This document shows positions 44,924 to 55,191 of a stretch of 64,000 bases of DNA, piece by piece. Numbering within the stretch: the first letter of the stretch is position 1; each line of letters starts with the position of its first letter. Origin of the DNA: a virus (Duplodnaviria; Caudoviricetes); IMG/VR virus record IMGVR_UViG_2684623237_000002, positions 1 through 64,000 of that record; one strand, given 5' to 3'. Below the pieces are notes generated by a model that worked only from the letters and a program-made list of their open reading frames with translations, was not told the DNA's origin and ran no database searches. A program made the translations under genes and the position numbers.

Positions 44924-45292
44924 ATGGCCTTCTACGACGAAATGGCCGTGATGGCTCTGGAGATGATCACAGAGTTCGGCCAGCCTGTGACCATCAGCAA
45001 GACGGAGCCGGGCGAGTACGACCCGGGGACGGGCGGGGAAGCGCCAGGCGACACTGTCGAGCAAATCGCCCAAGGCATCCTGCTCGACTTCACCGGCCAA
45101 GAATTCCAACACAACAGCCTCATCAAGCAGGGCGACAAGAAGCTCAAGATCGCTGCGCAGGGCATGGCCTGGGTGCCGGGTCTGCTCGACAAAGTCGTGG
45201 CCCAGGGCCGCATCTGGTCAATCGTCCCGCCGCTGAAAGCGGTCAACCCCGCCGGCACCCCGATCCTGTATGAGCTGCAGGTGCGGTCATGA
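44924..45292 (+). CDS. Head closure/adaptor protein
   Basis: Position and size. Confidence 0.7.
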   Translation: MAFYDEMAVMALEMITEFGQPVTISKTEPGEYDPGTGGEAPGDTVEQIAQGILLDFTGQEFQHNSLIKQGDKKLKIAAQGMAWVPGLLDKVVAQGRIWSIVPPLKAVNPAGTPILYELQVRS

Positions 45293-45885
45293 GCCGGGCA
45301 GGCGCCGGCCAGTCCGGTAGCTTCGCCCTGAGCCTGGCCGAGTTCGCCGCTCAGACGGGTGAAGCCATCGATGCCAGCGTGCGTGAAATCATCATCGAGG
45401 TCGGCAGTAGCCTGGTCCGGATGTCCCCCGTGGGCAACCCGGAGATCTGGGCGCAGAACGCAGTGGCCACCCAGTACAACAGGGCCGTCGACGATCACAA
45501 CAGCGCGCTGCGCAGTGACCCTGCCAACCTCACGAAAGGCGGCAGGTTGAAGAAAGGCCGCAAGCTCAACGACGGCATGGACATCAAGGTGCCTGAAGGC
45601 TACGTCGGCGGTCGATTCCGTGCGAACTGGCACATCTCGCTCGGTGTGGTCGAGAACGTCACCTTTGACGAGGTTGACCCGAGCGGCGCCGAAACCATTG
45701 CTGCGCTGGTTGCTGCGATGAGCGACTTCACCGCCGGCCAGATGGCCTACATCATCAACAATTTGCCCTATGCCATCCCGCTGGAGTTCGGCCATTCCAC
45801 CCAGGCCCCCGGTGGCATGGTCCGGGTAACCGTGGCTCGCTTTCAGCAGATAGTGCTGGAGGCCATCAGGAACAACCAGGTATGA
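45289..45885 (+). CDS. HK97 gp10-like tail completion protein
   Basis: GRFRANW, NNLPYAIPLEFGHS. Confidence 0.8.
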   Translation: MSRAGAGQSGSFALSLAEFAAQTGEAIDASVREIIIEVGSSLVRMSPVGNPEIWAQNAVATQYNRAVDDHNSALRSDPANLTKGGRLKKGRKLNDGMDIKVPEGYVGGRFRANWHISLGVVENVTFDEVDPSGAETIAALVAAMSDFTAGQMAYIINNLPYAIPLEFGHSTQAPGGMVRVTVARFQQIVLEAIRNNQV

Positions 45886-46298
45886 GTCACGCAATTATTG
45901 CTTCGATCTACGAGGCCAAGCTCATCGCCTGGAACGCTACCAGGTCGGAGAAGCTGAAGATCGTCTTCGAGAATACGACCTATACGCCGGCGGCGGGCGA
46001 AACCTTACTGCGAGCCTTCACTATTCCGGGCGACACCGCGAGCAACACGCTCGGCGGTGATCACCGGCTGTTCACCGGCGTGTTCCAAGTCAGCGTCATC
46101 GCACCGGCAGGCACCGGGAAGGCCAAGACGAATCCAATAGCAGCCGAACTGACCGACCTGTTCCCTCTCTACGCGCGGGACACGAAGGGCTCGGTCACCG
46201 TGGTGACCATGTCGCCAGTTGACCCAGGCCCTGGCATCACCGGCGATTCCACCTACACCGTCCCGGTCTCGTTCTTGTACCGAGCCGACACCAACTGA
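45882..46298 (+). CDS. Tail terminator-like protein
   Basis: GVFQVSV..PAGTG; precedes the tail tube gene. Confidence 0.75.
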   Translation: MSHAIIASIYEAKLIAWNATRSEKLKIVFENTTYTPAAGETLLRAFTIPGDTASNTLGGDHRLFTGVFQVSVIAPAGTGKAKTNPIAAELTDLFPLYARDTKGSVTVVTMSPVDPGPGITGDSTYTVPVSFLYRADTN

Positions 46299-46370
46299 TC
46301 CCGCCCATTGGGCAAACCCACAAACCCGCCATTGAGCGGGTTTTTTCATATCTGCAAAGAGGAAATACCC

Positions 46371-47027
46371 ATGGGCTACAAACTCCCGAACGGCGGCACC
46401 TTCCAGCACGCCGCAACCTACGGCGCGGCACTGGCGTTCGCTGCCATCAGCAATGCGAGCGAGGCGGTGGCTACTGTAGTCGGCGGCACCATTGCCGCCG
46501 GCGATATCGTTCTGCTCACGTCCGGCTGGAGCAAGCTGGATAGCAAGGTTGTACGCGTGAAGGCGGCCACCGCGACGGCTATCACCCTGGAAGGTATCGA
46601 CACCACCGATACTCAGGTTTTCCCGGCAGCAGGCGGTGCAGGCACTATGCGCAAGGTGCTGACCTGGGTGCAGATCCCGCAGATCTCCGACGTTGCCTTC
46701 TCCGGCGGCGAACAGAACTACCTGGATGTGGTGTTCCTCGAGGATGACCAGGGCAAACAGATCCCCACTGACAAATCGGCGGCAAGTATGGTGCTGACCA
46801 TCGCTGACGACCCGGCCCAGGCATTCAACAGCGTTCTGCTGAAGGCTGACGCCGGCAAGCAGATTGAAGCGGCGCGCCTCAACCTGCCCGGCAATGACAC
46901 CCTGCTGTACGGCACCTACACGTCGTTCTCCAAGCAGCCGGCAGTCTCCCGCAACAACCTGTTGACGCGCACCGTCAACTTGGCGCTGCAGGCCGAGCCG
47001 ACCCGTTACCTGACTGCGGTGGCGTAA
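46371..47027 (+). CDS. Major tail tube protein
   Basis: LPNG, SGWSKL, SGGEQ motifs; position. Confidence 0.85.
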   Translation: MGYKLPNGGTFQHAATYGAALAFAAISNASEAVATVVGGTIAAGDIVLLTSGWSKLDSKVVRVKAATATAITLEGIDTTDTQVFPAAGGAGTMRKVLTWVQIPQISDVAFSGGEQNYLDVVFLEDDQGKQIPTDKSAASMVLTIADDPAQAFNSVLLKADAGKQIEAARLNLPGNDTLLYGTYTSFSKQPAVSRNNLLTRTVNLALQAEPTRYLTAVA

Positions 47028-47030
47028 CCC

Positions 47031-47411
47031 ATGGCAAAGATCAGAATCGCCCAAAACCCGACGTTCAAGGCCTTCGTGTCTATCCCGATCGTTGGGGGTG
47101 AGCCCGAGAAAATCGAGTTCACCTTTAAGTATCGGGATCGCCTGGGGCTTGCCGCTCTGTTTGATGAGTGGAACCTGAAGCGCGATGAAGCTCGGGCCTC
47201 CCTGGGTGAAAGCCCAACGCTTTCCGAAATCGTTGCTGCTGACACTGAGCAGCAGTCGCAGCAGATCAAAGACCTGGTAGTCGGCTGGGGCTTCGACGAC
47301 AAGTTCGACGACAAGAGCATTCGTGCGTTGGTGACGTCCTGTCAGGGCGCCGCTGAGGCGGTCGTGAATGCCTACCAGAGCGCATTCAATCAGGCCCGCT
47401 TGGGAAACTGA
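47031..47411 (+). CDS. Tail assembly chaperone (G)
   Basis: Ends RLGN at a slippery site. Confidence 0.85.
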   Translation: MAKIRIAQNPTFKAFVSIPIVGGEPEKIEFTFKYRDRLGLAALFDEWNLKRDEARASLGESPTLSEIVAADTEQQSQQIKDLVVGWGFDDKFDDKSIRALVTSCQGAAEAVVNAYQSAFNQARLGN

Positions 47412-47731
47412 CGGACGCCGCCCGCGCACTCTACGCGCCGGCGGCACCGGCTGAACTGATGGGCCTGTTCGGGCTTGCCCCGGGTGACCTTGAAGAGGTG
47501 TCCGAGGTCTGGCCCTGCAACTGGACGGCGTTCTTCCTGTTCAACAGGATGTCGACTCAGTGGAGGGCGGGCGTCGGTGGCGCGATCGGTCTCGACTACA
47601 CCTGCATCCGCGACGTGGCCGGCTTCCTCGGCATCAAGAAAAAGAAACTCGCTGAAATCTTCCCTGACCTTCAGGTGCTGGAAGGCGAAGCCCTGCGCGT
47701 TATGGCGGAGGAAAGGGAAAACAGCCCGTAA
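47402..47731 (+). CDS. Tail chaperone T (DUF1799-like) reached by -1 frameshift at G GGA AAC
   Basis: GGGAAAC at 47402-08; -1 frame open to 47731; TQWR..GLDY motif. Confidence 0.8.
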   Translation, partial: GKLTDAARALYAPAAPAELMGLFGLAPGDLEEVSEVWPCNWTAFFLFNRMSTQWRAGVGGAIGLDYTCIRDVAGFLGIKKKKLAEIFPDLQVLEGEALRVMAEERENSP

Positions 47732-47758
47732 CTACGGGCACTTATTCAAGGTGAGTCG

Positions 47759-50700
47759 ATGAACATTGCAGAACTCGGCGTCAAGATCGACTCGGCCGAT
47801 GCAATCCAGGCGAAAACGAGCCTGGATGAAATGGCGAAGGCCGGCGGCCGGGCCGAGCAGTCCGCCGTTTCGCTGATGAACGAAATGCAGGCGCTGGAGA
47901 AATCGCTTTCCACCAGCGCCAAGACCACGCAGGACCTGGCAAAGCAGCGTGATGCCCTGGCGAAACTGACCAAGACCGGCGCCTATGGCGAGGCCGAGGC
48001 AGCGAAGATCTCAGCACAGCTCGACAAGCAGCAGGTGGCCTTGGCCAAGTCTGCTATGGACGAGCAGAAGGCCCTCAACAGCCTGCTGGGAGCTATTGAC
48101 CCTGCCCGTGCCGCGCTGGCTAGGCTGGACACTCAGGTCGAGCAACTGGGCAAGCACTTGGACGCCGGCCGCATCAGCCAGGATCAGTACAACGCCGCCC
48201 TGAGCAAGATTGACAAGGACTACGCCAAGCTCGAAAAGACCACCACCGGTTTCGACAAGCTGCGCCTCGGCACCCGCCAGGCGCAGGAAAACGTAGTGCA
48301 GTTGGGTAATGCTCTGTCCTCGGGTGACTGGGGTAGCGGTGTGCGTGCGGTTGCTCAACTAGGTGCCGGGGCTGGGGCAGGCGCTGCCGGGCTGCTCGCC
48401 ATCCTGGGGCCGCTGGCGCTTGCAACGGCTGCTGTTGGCGGCCTCGCATACGCCTACTACAAGGGCAGTGAGGAGCAGGACAAATACAACAAGTCGCTGA
48501 TCCTCACCGGAAACTACGCGGGAGTGAGTGCTGGCCAACTGGGAGATATGGCCCGGCAGGTAAGCGCAACGGTTGGTACTACCGGGCAGGCCGCTGCTGT
48601 GCTGGCGCTGCTGGCCGACAACGGCAAGATCGCCGGGGACAGCTTCACCGGCATCACCCAGGCAGCCGTGTCGATGCAGGAAGCCACCGGTAAAGCCGTA
48701 AGCGAAACTGTCGCCGAGTTCTCCAAGCTGGCAGACGACCCGGTAAAGGCCTCCGCTGCGCTGAACGAGCAGTACCACTACCTGACGGCCTCGGTTTACT
48801 CGCAGATAGCCGCGCTGGAAGCGCAGGGCGATCATGCGGGCGCCGTGAAGCTGGCGACCGAATCTTATGCCGATGCAATCAACGAGCGCACGCCGAAGAT
48901 TCTGGAGAACCTGAGCTTCTGGGAGCGAGGCTACAACGCCGTTGCGCGTGCTGCTGACAACCTCAAAAACATCGGCCGACCTGACATTGGTGCAGACATT
49001 GAGCAGGCGCGTCGCGACCTGACCGATGCGCAGAAAGGCAATATCGGCCTGTTCCAAAACCAGAAGGAAATGATCGAGTTCCGGCAGAACCGCCTGAACA
49101 TGCTTGAGGACGAAAAGGCGGCCCAGGCTGATATCGCCAAGTGGGAAGGCGAGCAGGCGAAGGCGCAGGGCGATGCTGTTTCGTCGATGGCCAAGATCGA
49201 TGCCTTGACCAAGTCGTCGTGGACCAACGAGCAGAAACGCGCCGAGGCCCTGAAGGATTACAAACGGCAACTCGACGATATTCGCAAGGTTGACCCGAAA
49301 GACTCGCGACTCGATCAATCGGCAATCGACAAAAACATCTCCAACATCAACGACAAGTTCAAGGATCCGAAGGCGGCTGCGAATCAGGTCGACTTAACCG
49401 GCTTCAACAACGCCAAAAACAACCTCGCAGCCATCGTTGATGCTTACAAAAACACCCAGAAGGAACTGGATGCGGCGGAAAAGGCCGGGCTGATTTCTCA
49501 GTCCGAATACGCACTGAAGCGTGAAGCCCTGATCGGCAATCAGCGTGATGAGGTAACCGCGGCCTATGAGGCCGAGATCGCAGCGCTGGAAGCCACCAAG
49601 GGCAAGAAGGCGACGACGGCCGCGCAAAGCATTCAGTTGGACCAGAAGATCGCTGACGCGCGCGCAGGGATGGTCAAGGCGCAGAAGGAGGCAGACAGCC
49701 AGCTTGAGGTGTTGGCCACCAACGAAACTGGGCGCCTGGCGAAGCAGGAGCGGTCAATCACCACCTACGTGCAGGCCCTGGCTCAGCAACAGCGAGCCTT
49801 GGAGCTTGCGGGGCAGCGCGCAGTTCTCGGAGTGGGCCAGGGTGACCGCCAGAACGCACTCAACGGGGAACTGAACAGCCAGCAAGACCGGTTTGCTCAG
49901 CAAGCGCTGGAACTGGCCAACCAGAAATCCGACCCGTCGCGCAACATGTCGGAGGAAGAGTTCAAGCGAAAATCCCAGGCACTCGCAGACGCGAACAAGG
50001 CTGCCACTGACCAGATCCGGCAGAACTACGCGGATGTGGAGGCCGCCCAGGGCGATTGGACGAAGGGCGCGACCTCGGCCTGGGCCAACTACCTGGATTC
50101 GGCGAAGAATATTGCTGGCCAGACCAAAAGCCTGTTCGGCAATACCTTCAGCAGCATGGAGGACGCGGTCGTCAACTTCGCAATGACCGGTAAGGCATCG
50201 TTCTCGGACTTCGCTAAGTCGATCCTTGCGGACATGGCGCGCATTGCTACCCGCCAGGCGAGTTCGGCATTGCTGAGCAGCTTGGTTGGCGCAACGGCCA
50301 GCTACTTCGGTGGCGGCGGTGGTTCTGGCGGTGCAAGTCAGGCCGGGTACACCGGTACCGACCTTTCAAACTTCACGCCGGGCAGCATTCAGGCCAAGGG
50401 TGGCGCTTGGTCGGGCGGTGTGCAGATGTTCGCCGACGGCGGCGCCTTCACCAACACAATCGTCAGCAAGCCCACCGCGTTCGGCATGGCCAACGGCAAA
50501 ACCGGGGTCATGGGCGAGGCGGGCGACGAGGCAATCATGCCGCTAGCCCGCACAGCCAACGGCAAGCTGGGTGTTTCTGCGGTTGGAGGCGGCGGTGGCG
50601 GGGTAAACCTTAGCCTCAGCATGCCGATCATCCTGACGGAACAGGAGGCCGGCCGCCCGGACGGTGCCGAGTTCGACGCCGAACTTTTCCAGCGCAACAT

Positions 50701-50788
50701 GGAGTTGCGCACCCGGCAAATCGCAACAGAAGAGATCGCCAAGTCTTGGCGCCAAGGCGGCGTGAGCAGCCGAAACGTAAAAGGATGA
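47759..50788 (+). CDS. Tape measure protein
   Basis: 1009 aa, Ala-rich helical; GVMGEAGDEAIMPL. Confidence 0.93.
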   Translation: MNIAELGVKIDSADAIQAKTSLDEMAKAGGRAEQSAVSLMNEMQALEKSLSTSAKTTQDLAKQRDALAKLTKTGAYGEAEAAKISAQLDKQQVALAKSAMDEQKALNSLLGAIDPARAALARLDTQVEQLGKHLDAGRISQDQYNAALSKIDKDYAKLEKTTTGFDKLRLGTRQAQENVVQLGNALSSGDWGSGVRAVAQLGAGAGAGAAGLLAILGPLALATAAVGGLAYAYYKGSEEQDKYNKSLILTGNYAGVSAGQLGDMARQVSATVGTTGQAAAVLALLADNGKIAGDSFTGITQAAVSMQEATGKAVSETVAEFSKLADDPVKASAALNEQYHYLTASVYSQIAALEAQGDHAGAVKLATESYADAINERTPKILENLSFWERGYNAVARAADNLKNIGRPDIGADIEQARRDLTDAQKGNIGLFQNQKEMIEFRQNRLNMLEDEKAAQADIAKWEGEQAKAQGDAVSSMAKIDALTKSSWTNEQKRAEALKDYKRQLDDIRKVDPKDSRLDQSAIDKNISNINDKFKDPKAAANQVDLTGFNNAKNNLAAIVDAYKNTQKELDAAEKAGLISQSEYALKREALIGNQRDEVTAAYEAEIAALEATKGKKATTAAQSIQLDQKIADARAGMVKAQKEADSQLEVLATNETGRLAKQERSITTYVQALAQQQRALELAGQRAVLGVGQGDRQNALNGELNSQQDRFAQQALELANQKSDPSRNMSEEEFKRKSQALADANKAATDQIRQNYADVEAAQGDWTKGATSAWANYLDSAKNIAGQTKSLFGNTFSSMEDAVVNFAMTGKASFSDFAKSILADMARIATRQASSALLSSLVGATASYFGGGGGSGGASQAGYTGTDLSNFTPGSIQAKGGAWSGGVQMFADGGAFTNTIVSKPTAFGMANGKTGVMGEAGDEAIMPLARTANGKLGVSAVGGGGGGVNLSLSMPIILTEQEAGRPDGAEFDAELFQRNMELRTRQIATEEIAKSWRQGGVSSRNVKG

Positions 50789-50791
50789 TTT

Positions 50792-51130
50792 ATGGCAATC
50801 GAGCGATTTACCTGGGCTACTGAGAAGGGCGTCGAGGGTGACATCAAGCAGCGCGTGCGCACGAAGCAGTTTGCCGATGGCTACGCGCAGTCGACCGAGG
50901 ACGGGATCAACAACAAATCCCAGTCCTGGCCGGTCACCTTCACCGGCTTGAAGGGGCGGATCAAGGACATCATGGACTTCATCGACCGGCACAAGGGCGC
51001 AAAGGGTTTCCTCTGGGAACCGCCCCTAGGCGATTTGGGCCTCTACAAGTGCAACGGCTACAAGCCAGTGCACCGCGGCGGCCAGGTCTACGCGATCACT
51101 GCGACCTTCGAACAAACCTTTTCACCCTGA
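50792..51130 (+). CDS. Minor tail protein M-like
   Basis: QFADGYAQ..DGIN, FLWEPP. Confidence 0.85.
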   Translation: MAIERFTWATEKGVEGDIKQRVRTKQFADGYAQSTEDGINNKSQSWPVTFTGLKGRIKDIMDFIDRHKGAKGFLWEPPLGDLGLYKCNGYKPVHRGGQVYAITATFEQTFSP

Positions 51131-51141
51131 GATAACCACCC

Positions 51142-51894
51142 ATGGCACTGATCACGGACATCCAGAAACTGGAGCCCGGCGCTGAAATTCGCCTGTTTGA
51201 AATTGACGGGACCGAATACGGCGCGGATTACCTGCGCTTCCACGGTCACGCCATCCCGCACACGCCCGAGGAACTGCTGGCTTACGAGCATTCGGAGGAG
51301 GATCTGCCGGCCAAGTCGATTTGGTGGCAGGGCGCCGAGTACGCGGCCTGGCCGGTGCAGATCGAGGGTATCGCCTCTGGCAGTGACGGCACGGCCACCA
51401 GGCCGACGTTTGCCGCCGGCAACATTAATGGGCGGGTCACCGCGCTATGCCTGGCCTTTGAGGACCTGCTGAAATTCAAGCTGACAGTTCGCGAGACCCT
51501 GGCCCAGTACCTGGACGCCGCGAACTTCCCCGAAGGTAACCCAACTGCCGATCCGACTCAGGAAGGGCTGGAGATCTGGTACATCGACCAGAAAACCAGC
51601 GAGGACGGTGAAGCGGTGGTCTGGGAGCTGTCCTCGCCGGGTGAGATCGATAACCACGGTCTGCCCGGGCGCCAGATGACGACGTTTTGCCACTGGGCGA
51701 TGACCAATGGCTACCGGGGGCCAGACTGCGGCTACACCGGTGCGGCCATGTTCGACGACGAGGACAACTCCACGGATGACCCGGCCAAGGATCAGTGCAA
51801 GGGCTGTCTGTCGTCTTGCAAATTGCGCTTCGGCGAGAACGAAGAATTGGGATTTGGGGGATTTCCAGCTGTGTCCCTCATAGCCCGGAGCTGA
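51142..51894 (+). CDS. Minor tail protein L
   Basis: C-terminal Cys cluster CHW..CGY..CKGCLSSCKLRF. Confidence 0.9.
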   Translation: MALITDIQKLEPGAEIRLFEIDGTEYGADYLRFHGHAIPHTPEELLAYEHSEEDLPAKSIWWQGAEYAAWPVQIEGIASGSDGTATRPTFAAGNINGRVTALCLAFEDLLKFKLTVRETLAQYLDAANFPEGNPTADPTQEGLEIWYIDQKTSEDGEAVVWELSSPGEIDNHGLPGRQMTTFCHWAMTNGYRGPDCGYTGAAMFDDEDNSTDDPAKDQCKGCLSSCKLRFGENEELGFGGFPAVSLIARS

Positions 51895-51896
51895 TC

Positions 51897-52658
51897 ATGC
51901 GAAAACACATCATTGCGGCCATCCAGGCGCACGCGGCCGCGCAGTACCCGAAAGAATGCTGCGGCCTGTTGCTCGCCATTGGCAAAGCGCAGAAGTACTT
52001 CCCGTGCAGGAACGTCGCCACGGAGCCGAGCGAAGAGTTTCGGCTCGATCCCGAGGACTACGCTGCGGCGGAAGACCTGGGCGAAGTCATTGGCATTGTC
52101 CATTCGCACCCGGACGCCACCAGCCGGCCGTCACCGCACGACCTGGCCATGTGCGAGGCCACGGCCTTGCCCTGGCACATTCTGTCGTGGCCCGAGGGAG
52201 ACCTGCGCACGATCACACCAACCGGCAGCACGTCGCTGCTCAAGCGTCCGTTCGTGCATGGAGCCTGGGACTGCTGGCAGGTCTGCGCTGACTGGTACCA
52301 GCGTGAATGGGGGCTTGAGTTCGAAGCCTTTCAGCGCGTCGATGGCTGGTGGGAGAGGGCGGAGAACGCCAGCCTGTACGAGCAGCACTACGAGGCCGCC
52401 GGCTTTGTTCGCGTCGACCGGCCGCAGCGCGGCGACCTGATCGTCATGCATGTGGGCCGGACGGTTCACCCGAACCACGCTGGGATTTACCTGGGCACTG
52501 ATACTGCGCTACCCGACGAAGAGTCAGGCACTTTCGGCCCTGGGCCGTTCCTGCTGCATCACCTATACGGCAGGCCTTCCGAAATCATAGTTTTTGGCGG
52601 TCCGTGGCATGACAGAACGCGCCTGATTCTCAGGCATAAAAATGCAAAACAACCATGA
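51897..52658 (+). CDS. Tail assembly protein K (JAB plus NlpC/P60)
   Basis: ECCG, HSHPD, DCW, NHAGIY. Confidence 0.9.
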   Translation: MRKHIIAAIQAHAAAQYPKECCGLLLAIGKAQKYFPCRNVATEPSEEFRLDPEDYAAAEDLGEVIGIVHSHPDATSRPSPHDLAMCEATALPWHILSWPEGDLRTITPTGSTSLLKRPFVHGAWDCWQVCADWYQREWGLEFEAFQRVDGWWERAENASLYEQHYEAAGFVRVDRPQRGDLIVMHVGRTVHPNHAGIYLGTDTALPDEESGTFGPGPFLLHHLYGRPSEIIVFGGPWHDRTRLILRHKNAKQP

Positions 52659-52938
52659 CGCGGCCGGGCCGCTGGAGCAGGGCATGCAAACCTCGCAACG
52701 CTACATGCTGACCATTTACGACCTTTTCACCATTACCGACCCTGGTATCTGCGGCGCTGAAGCCGAAGTCGCCATTCTGGATGATGGTGTCGAGATTGAT
52801 CGCATGAAATTCTCCGGAAAGTGCCAGAGCAAAGGTGGCTACAGCCGCAGCTACCAAGGCAAGCCAGGGCTCAAAGCGGCGCTTTTATCAGGGCCTGGAA
52901 GAATTGATTTTGGTTTGGCACAGGCGGTCGCTATCTAG
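52642..52938 (+). CDS. Hypothetical cargo protein
   Basis: 98-aa ORF; start uncertain. Confidence 0.45.
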   Translation: MQNNHDAAGPLEQGMQTSQRYMLTIYDLFTITDPGICGAEAEVAILDDGVEIDRMKFSGKCQSKGGYSRSYQGKPGLKAALLSGPGRIDFGLAQAVAI

Positions 52939-53161
52939 GCTCGTCGCCACCACCCATAAAGTCATCAGTTCCGAGCCTGTGCGACCCATATTTCACAGTG
53001 TGACCATCACCTAAGCGATCAGCCTCGATCTCTGCGACATGCTTGTCAGCGTAGATGTCAATAAAGCTCCATGGATCATTACGGCCCACTGCCCATCCCA
53101 GTACCCACCCAGGCATGTCTGGGTCTGCAGGTAGATTCTTTGCGAGGCTTCTGATTGACAT
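52931..53161 (-). CDS. Hypothetical cargo protein
   Basis: 76 aa, convergent orientation. Confidence 0.55.
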   Translation of the reverse strand: MSIRSLAKNLPADPDMPGWVLGWAVGRNDPWSFIDIYADKHVAEIEADRLGDGHTVKYGSHRLGTDDFMGGGDEPR

Positions 53162-53318
53162 GCCCTATCCCTGGCTGCTGTATATGAAGGCGCAAAGCTA
53201 CTACGGCTGAATCCAATCCCGTTACTGGGTTTGCGTCCAGGCTGGATGGGTGGACAGGGGGCTTTCCATCGCTCTGCTGTATAGTGCTAAAGTGCCATCT
53301 TTTGCTAGGAGCACTGAA

Positions 53319-53723
53319 ATGGTCAGCGGAACTTTGCTGCGGGTTGCCACGGAGATTGAAATTGCGAGCCTTCAAAATCTGTTAGAGCAAGACACCAACA
53401 ACAGTATTCGGGCGGTGCGCAATGGATCTGAAGTTCTGGGCGAAACTGTGCTTGCGATCTTGCATGGTGGCAAATATGCCGGTTTCTGCACGTTCAGAGC
53501 TGGCGGCAATGAAATCTTCCCACTAGTTGTCTTCGGCCCATTTCGCGGAATCGGGGTAGGCTTCTCCGCTATGCAGCAGCTGATCGGGATGTTGCGGAAG
53601 GACGGGATCCGAGACGTGAGCATTGAGGTGCTACCAGGGGCCGAAGCTTTCTGGAAGAAGGTATTTGCCGGCTTCCCAGAGACAGCTCACTTTGGTGGAA
53701 AGAACTTTACATACGCCATTTAA
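53319..53723 (+). CDS. GNAT acetyltransferase (cargo)
   Basis: FRGIGVG motif A; AEAFWKK; AGGAG SD. Confidence 0.75.
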   Translation: MVSGTLLRVATEIEIASLQNLLEQDTNNSIRAVRNGSEVLGETVLAILHGGKYAGFCTFRAGGNEIFPLVVFGPFRGIGVGFSAMQQLIGMLRKDGIRDVSIEVLPGAEAFWKKVFAGFPETAHFGGKNFTYAI

Positions 53724-53820
53724 TGTTTCACTTAGGAAGCCCAGCCCCGCGCTGGGCTTTTTGCATCTGCTCGCCCCAGTGCTACAGTCCCGCCAAACCA
53801 ACGAGGGAAACAAGCGTTCA

Positions 53821-54057
53821 ATGAATCATGAACTCTGGCTTGAGCCCGACGGGTGTCAAACATTTTGTCTTGCTGGCCCTTACGGAGAAGATGCGCGCGG
53901 GCTGCTGGAACCAATGTCAAAACTCATTTGGCAGGTCGAAGCCTCCAGTTATTTTGAAGCAATGAGCAAATACTATTCGTACATGGACTGGGGAGATTAC
54001 ACGACCGAATTTCCTGAGCATGACAAGACCTCATATAAGGATCTTGGCTGGGAGTGA
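53821..54057 (+). CDS. Small cargo protein
   Basis: Own promoter/SD unit upstream. Confidence 0.6.
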   Translation: MNHELWLEPDGCQTFCLAGPYGEDARGLLEPMSKLIWQVEASSYFEAMSKYYSYMDWGDYTTEFPEHDKTSYKDLGWE

Positions 54058-54190
54058 GAAAAGCTCAGTCGATCGCACTCCATCCACGCTGGATGCCTGG
54101 CCAGCCTGTTGTCTCCTGATGACGATAAGACCTGATTTGCTCCGATTAAGGTTGATGGTAGATTGCCGCCATCTACATGGAGGGTTTTGA

Positions 54191-54682
54191 GTGAAACTTA
54201 AGATAATCGCTTTGATGATAGGGCTCGCTTTGATTTCTGGATGCGCGAATCAACAGCCCGTTCCGAGAATACCGTTCCCAAGTGCCGAGTATGAGGCACT
54301 GCCGACTACCGGCACGGGGACGATCGAAGGGCAGGCTTTCTTGAAAACCGTCGGCGGCGATGTGAAGTACGGGGCAGGCTCAGAGGTTTATTTGGTTCCA
54401 ATCACCAGCTACTCTGAGCAGTGGTACGACGTCTCCTACAGGCAGCAAAAGCCTTTTGCTGTAAGTGACCCGCGGCAGGCCAAGTTTGTTCGTATGGTTC
54501 GTGCGGACGGCAACGGCAACTTCAAGTTTGAAGAGGTGCCACCTGGCAAGTACTTCATCCGAGCCGACGTCTTTTGGAAGGCGCCTTCTCCATACGGCGG
54601 CCTATCTCAGCAGGGTGGCTCTATGGCAAATCGCATAGAGGTATCCAACGGAAAGCTAACGCGGGTAATTATCACGCGATAG
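54191..54682 (+). CDS. Lipoprotein with carboxypeptidase-regulatory-like fold
   Basis: Lipobox ISGC; ADGNGNFKFEEVPPGKY. Confidence 0.8.
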   Translation: MKLKIIALMIGLALISGCANQQPVPRIPFPSAEYEALPTTGTGTIEGQAFLKTVGGDVKYGAGSEVYLVPITSYSEQWYDVSYRQQKPFAVSDPRQAKFVRMVRADGNGNFKFEEVPPGKYFIRADVFWKAPSPYGGLSQQGGSMANRIEVSNGKLTRVIITR

Positions 54683-54777
54683 AATTTGTGGGATAAAGCT
54701 TAAAGCCCAGCCCGGCGCTGGGCTTTTTGCATCCTCCCCTCAGTGCTAGAGTCCCGCGAAACCAAAGAGGGAACGAC

Positions 54778-55128
54778 ATGCGAATTTTGATAGCGGCGGT
54801 AGCGGTGGCGATTCTGGCGGGGTGCATGGCTCCGACGATGAACGAGGCTCGCCAGGAAGGTCCTTACAAGGTGCTGACCTCGCAGAAGTCCGACGCCGCG
54901 CTGGCCAAATGCGTTCAGTACGAATGGCAGAACCAGCCAATCTTCGGCGGCGCGCCGGGGGCCACACTTCAGCCAGGGCGCGACACCGGATATACGGTGT
55001 TCACTGAGGGCTCCCAGTACTTCGTTGATATTCAGCCCAAGGGCTCGGGTTCCGAGGCGAAATACTATGTGGTGGTCGGTAACTGGATCGCCAATAAAAG
55101 GCTTACCGCGCTGCAAGGCTGTCTGTAG
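54778..55128 (+). CDS. Lipoprotein (cargo)
   Basis: Lipobox LAGC; GAGGG SD. Confidence 0.8.
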   Translation: MRILIAAVAVAILAGCMAPTMNEARQEGPYKVLTSQKSDAALAKCVQYEWQNQPIFGGAPGATLQPGRDTGYTVFTEGSQYFVDIQPKGSGSEAKYYVVVGNWIANKRLTALQGCL

Positions 55129-55191
55129 CGGCGCATCAAATTGTTCAAGGCTCGCTTCGGCGGGCTTTTTTATTGCCTGGAGAAAAAGCAC

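Noticed and set aside
53277-53292. Second LexA box
   Set aside because: Only the CTGT half-site matches; the distal ACAG is missing.
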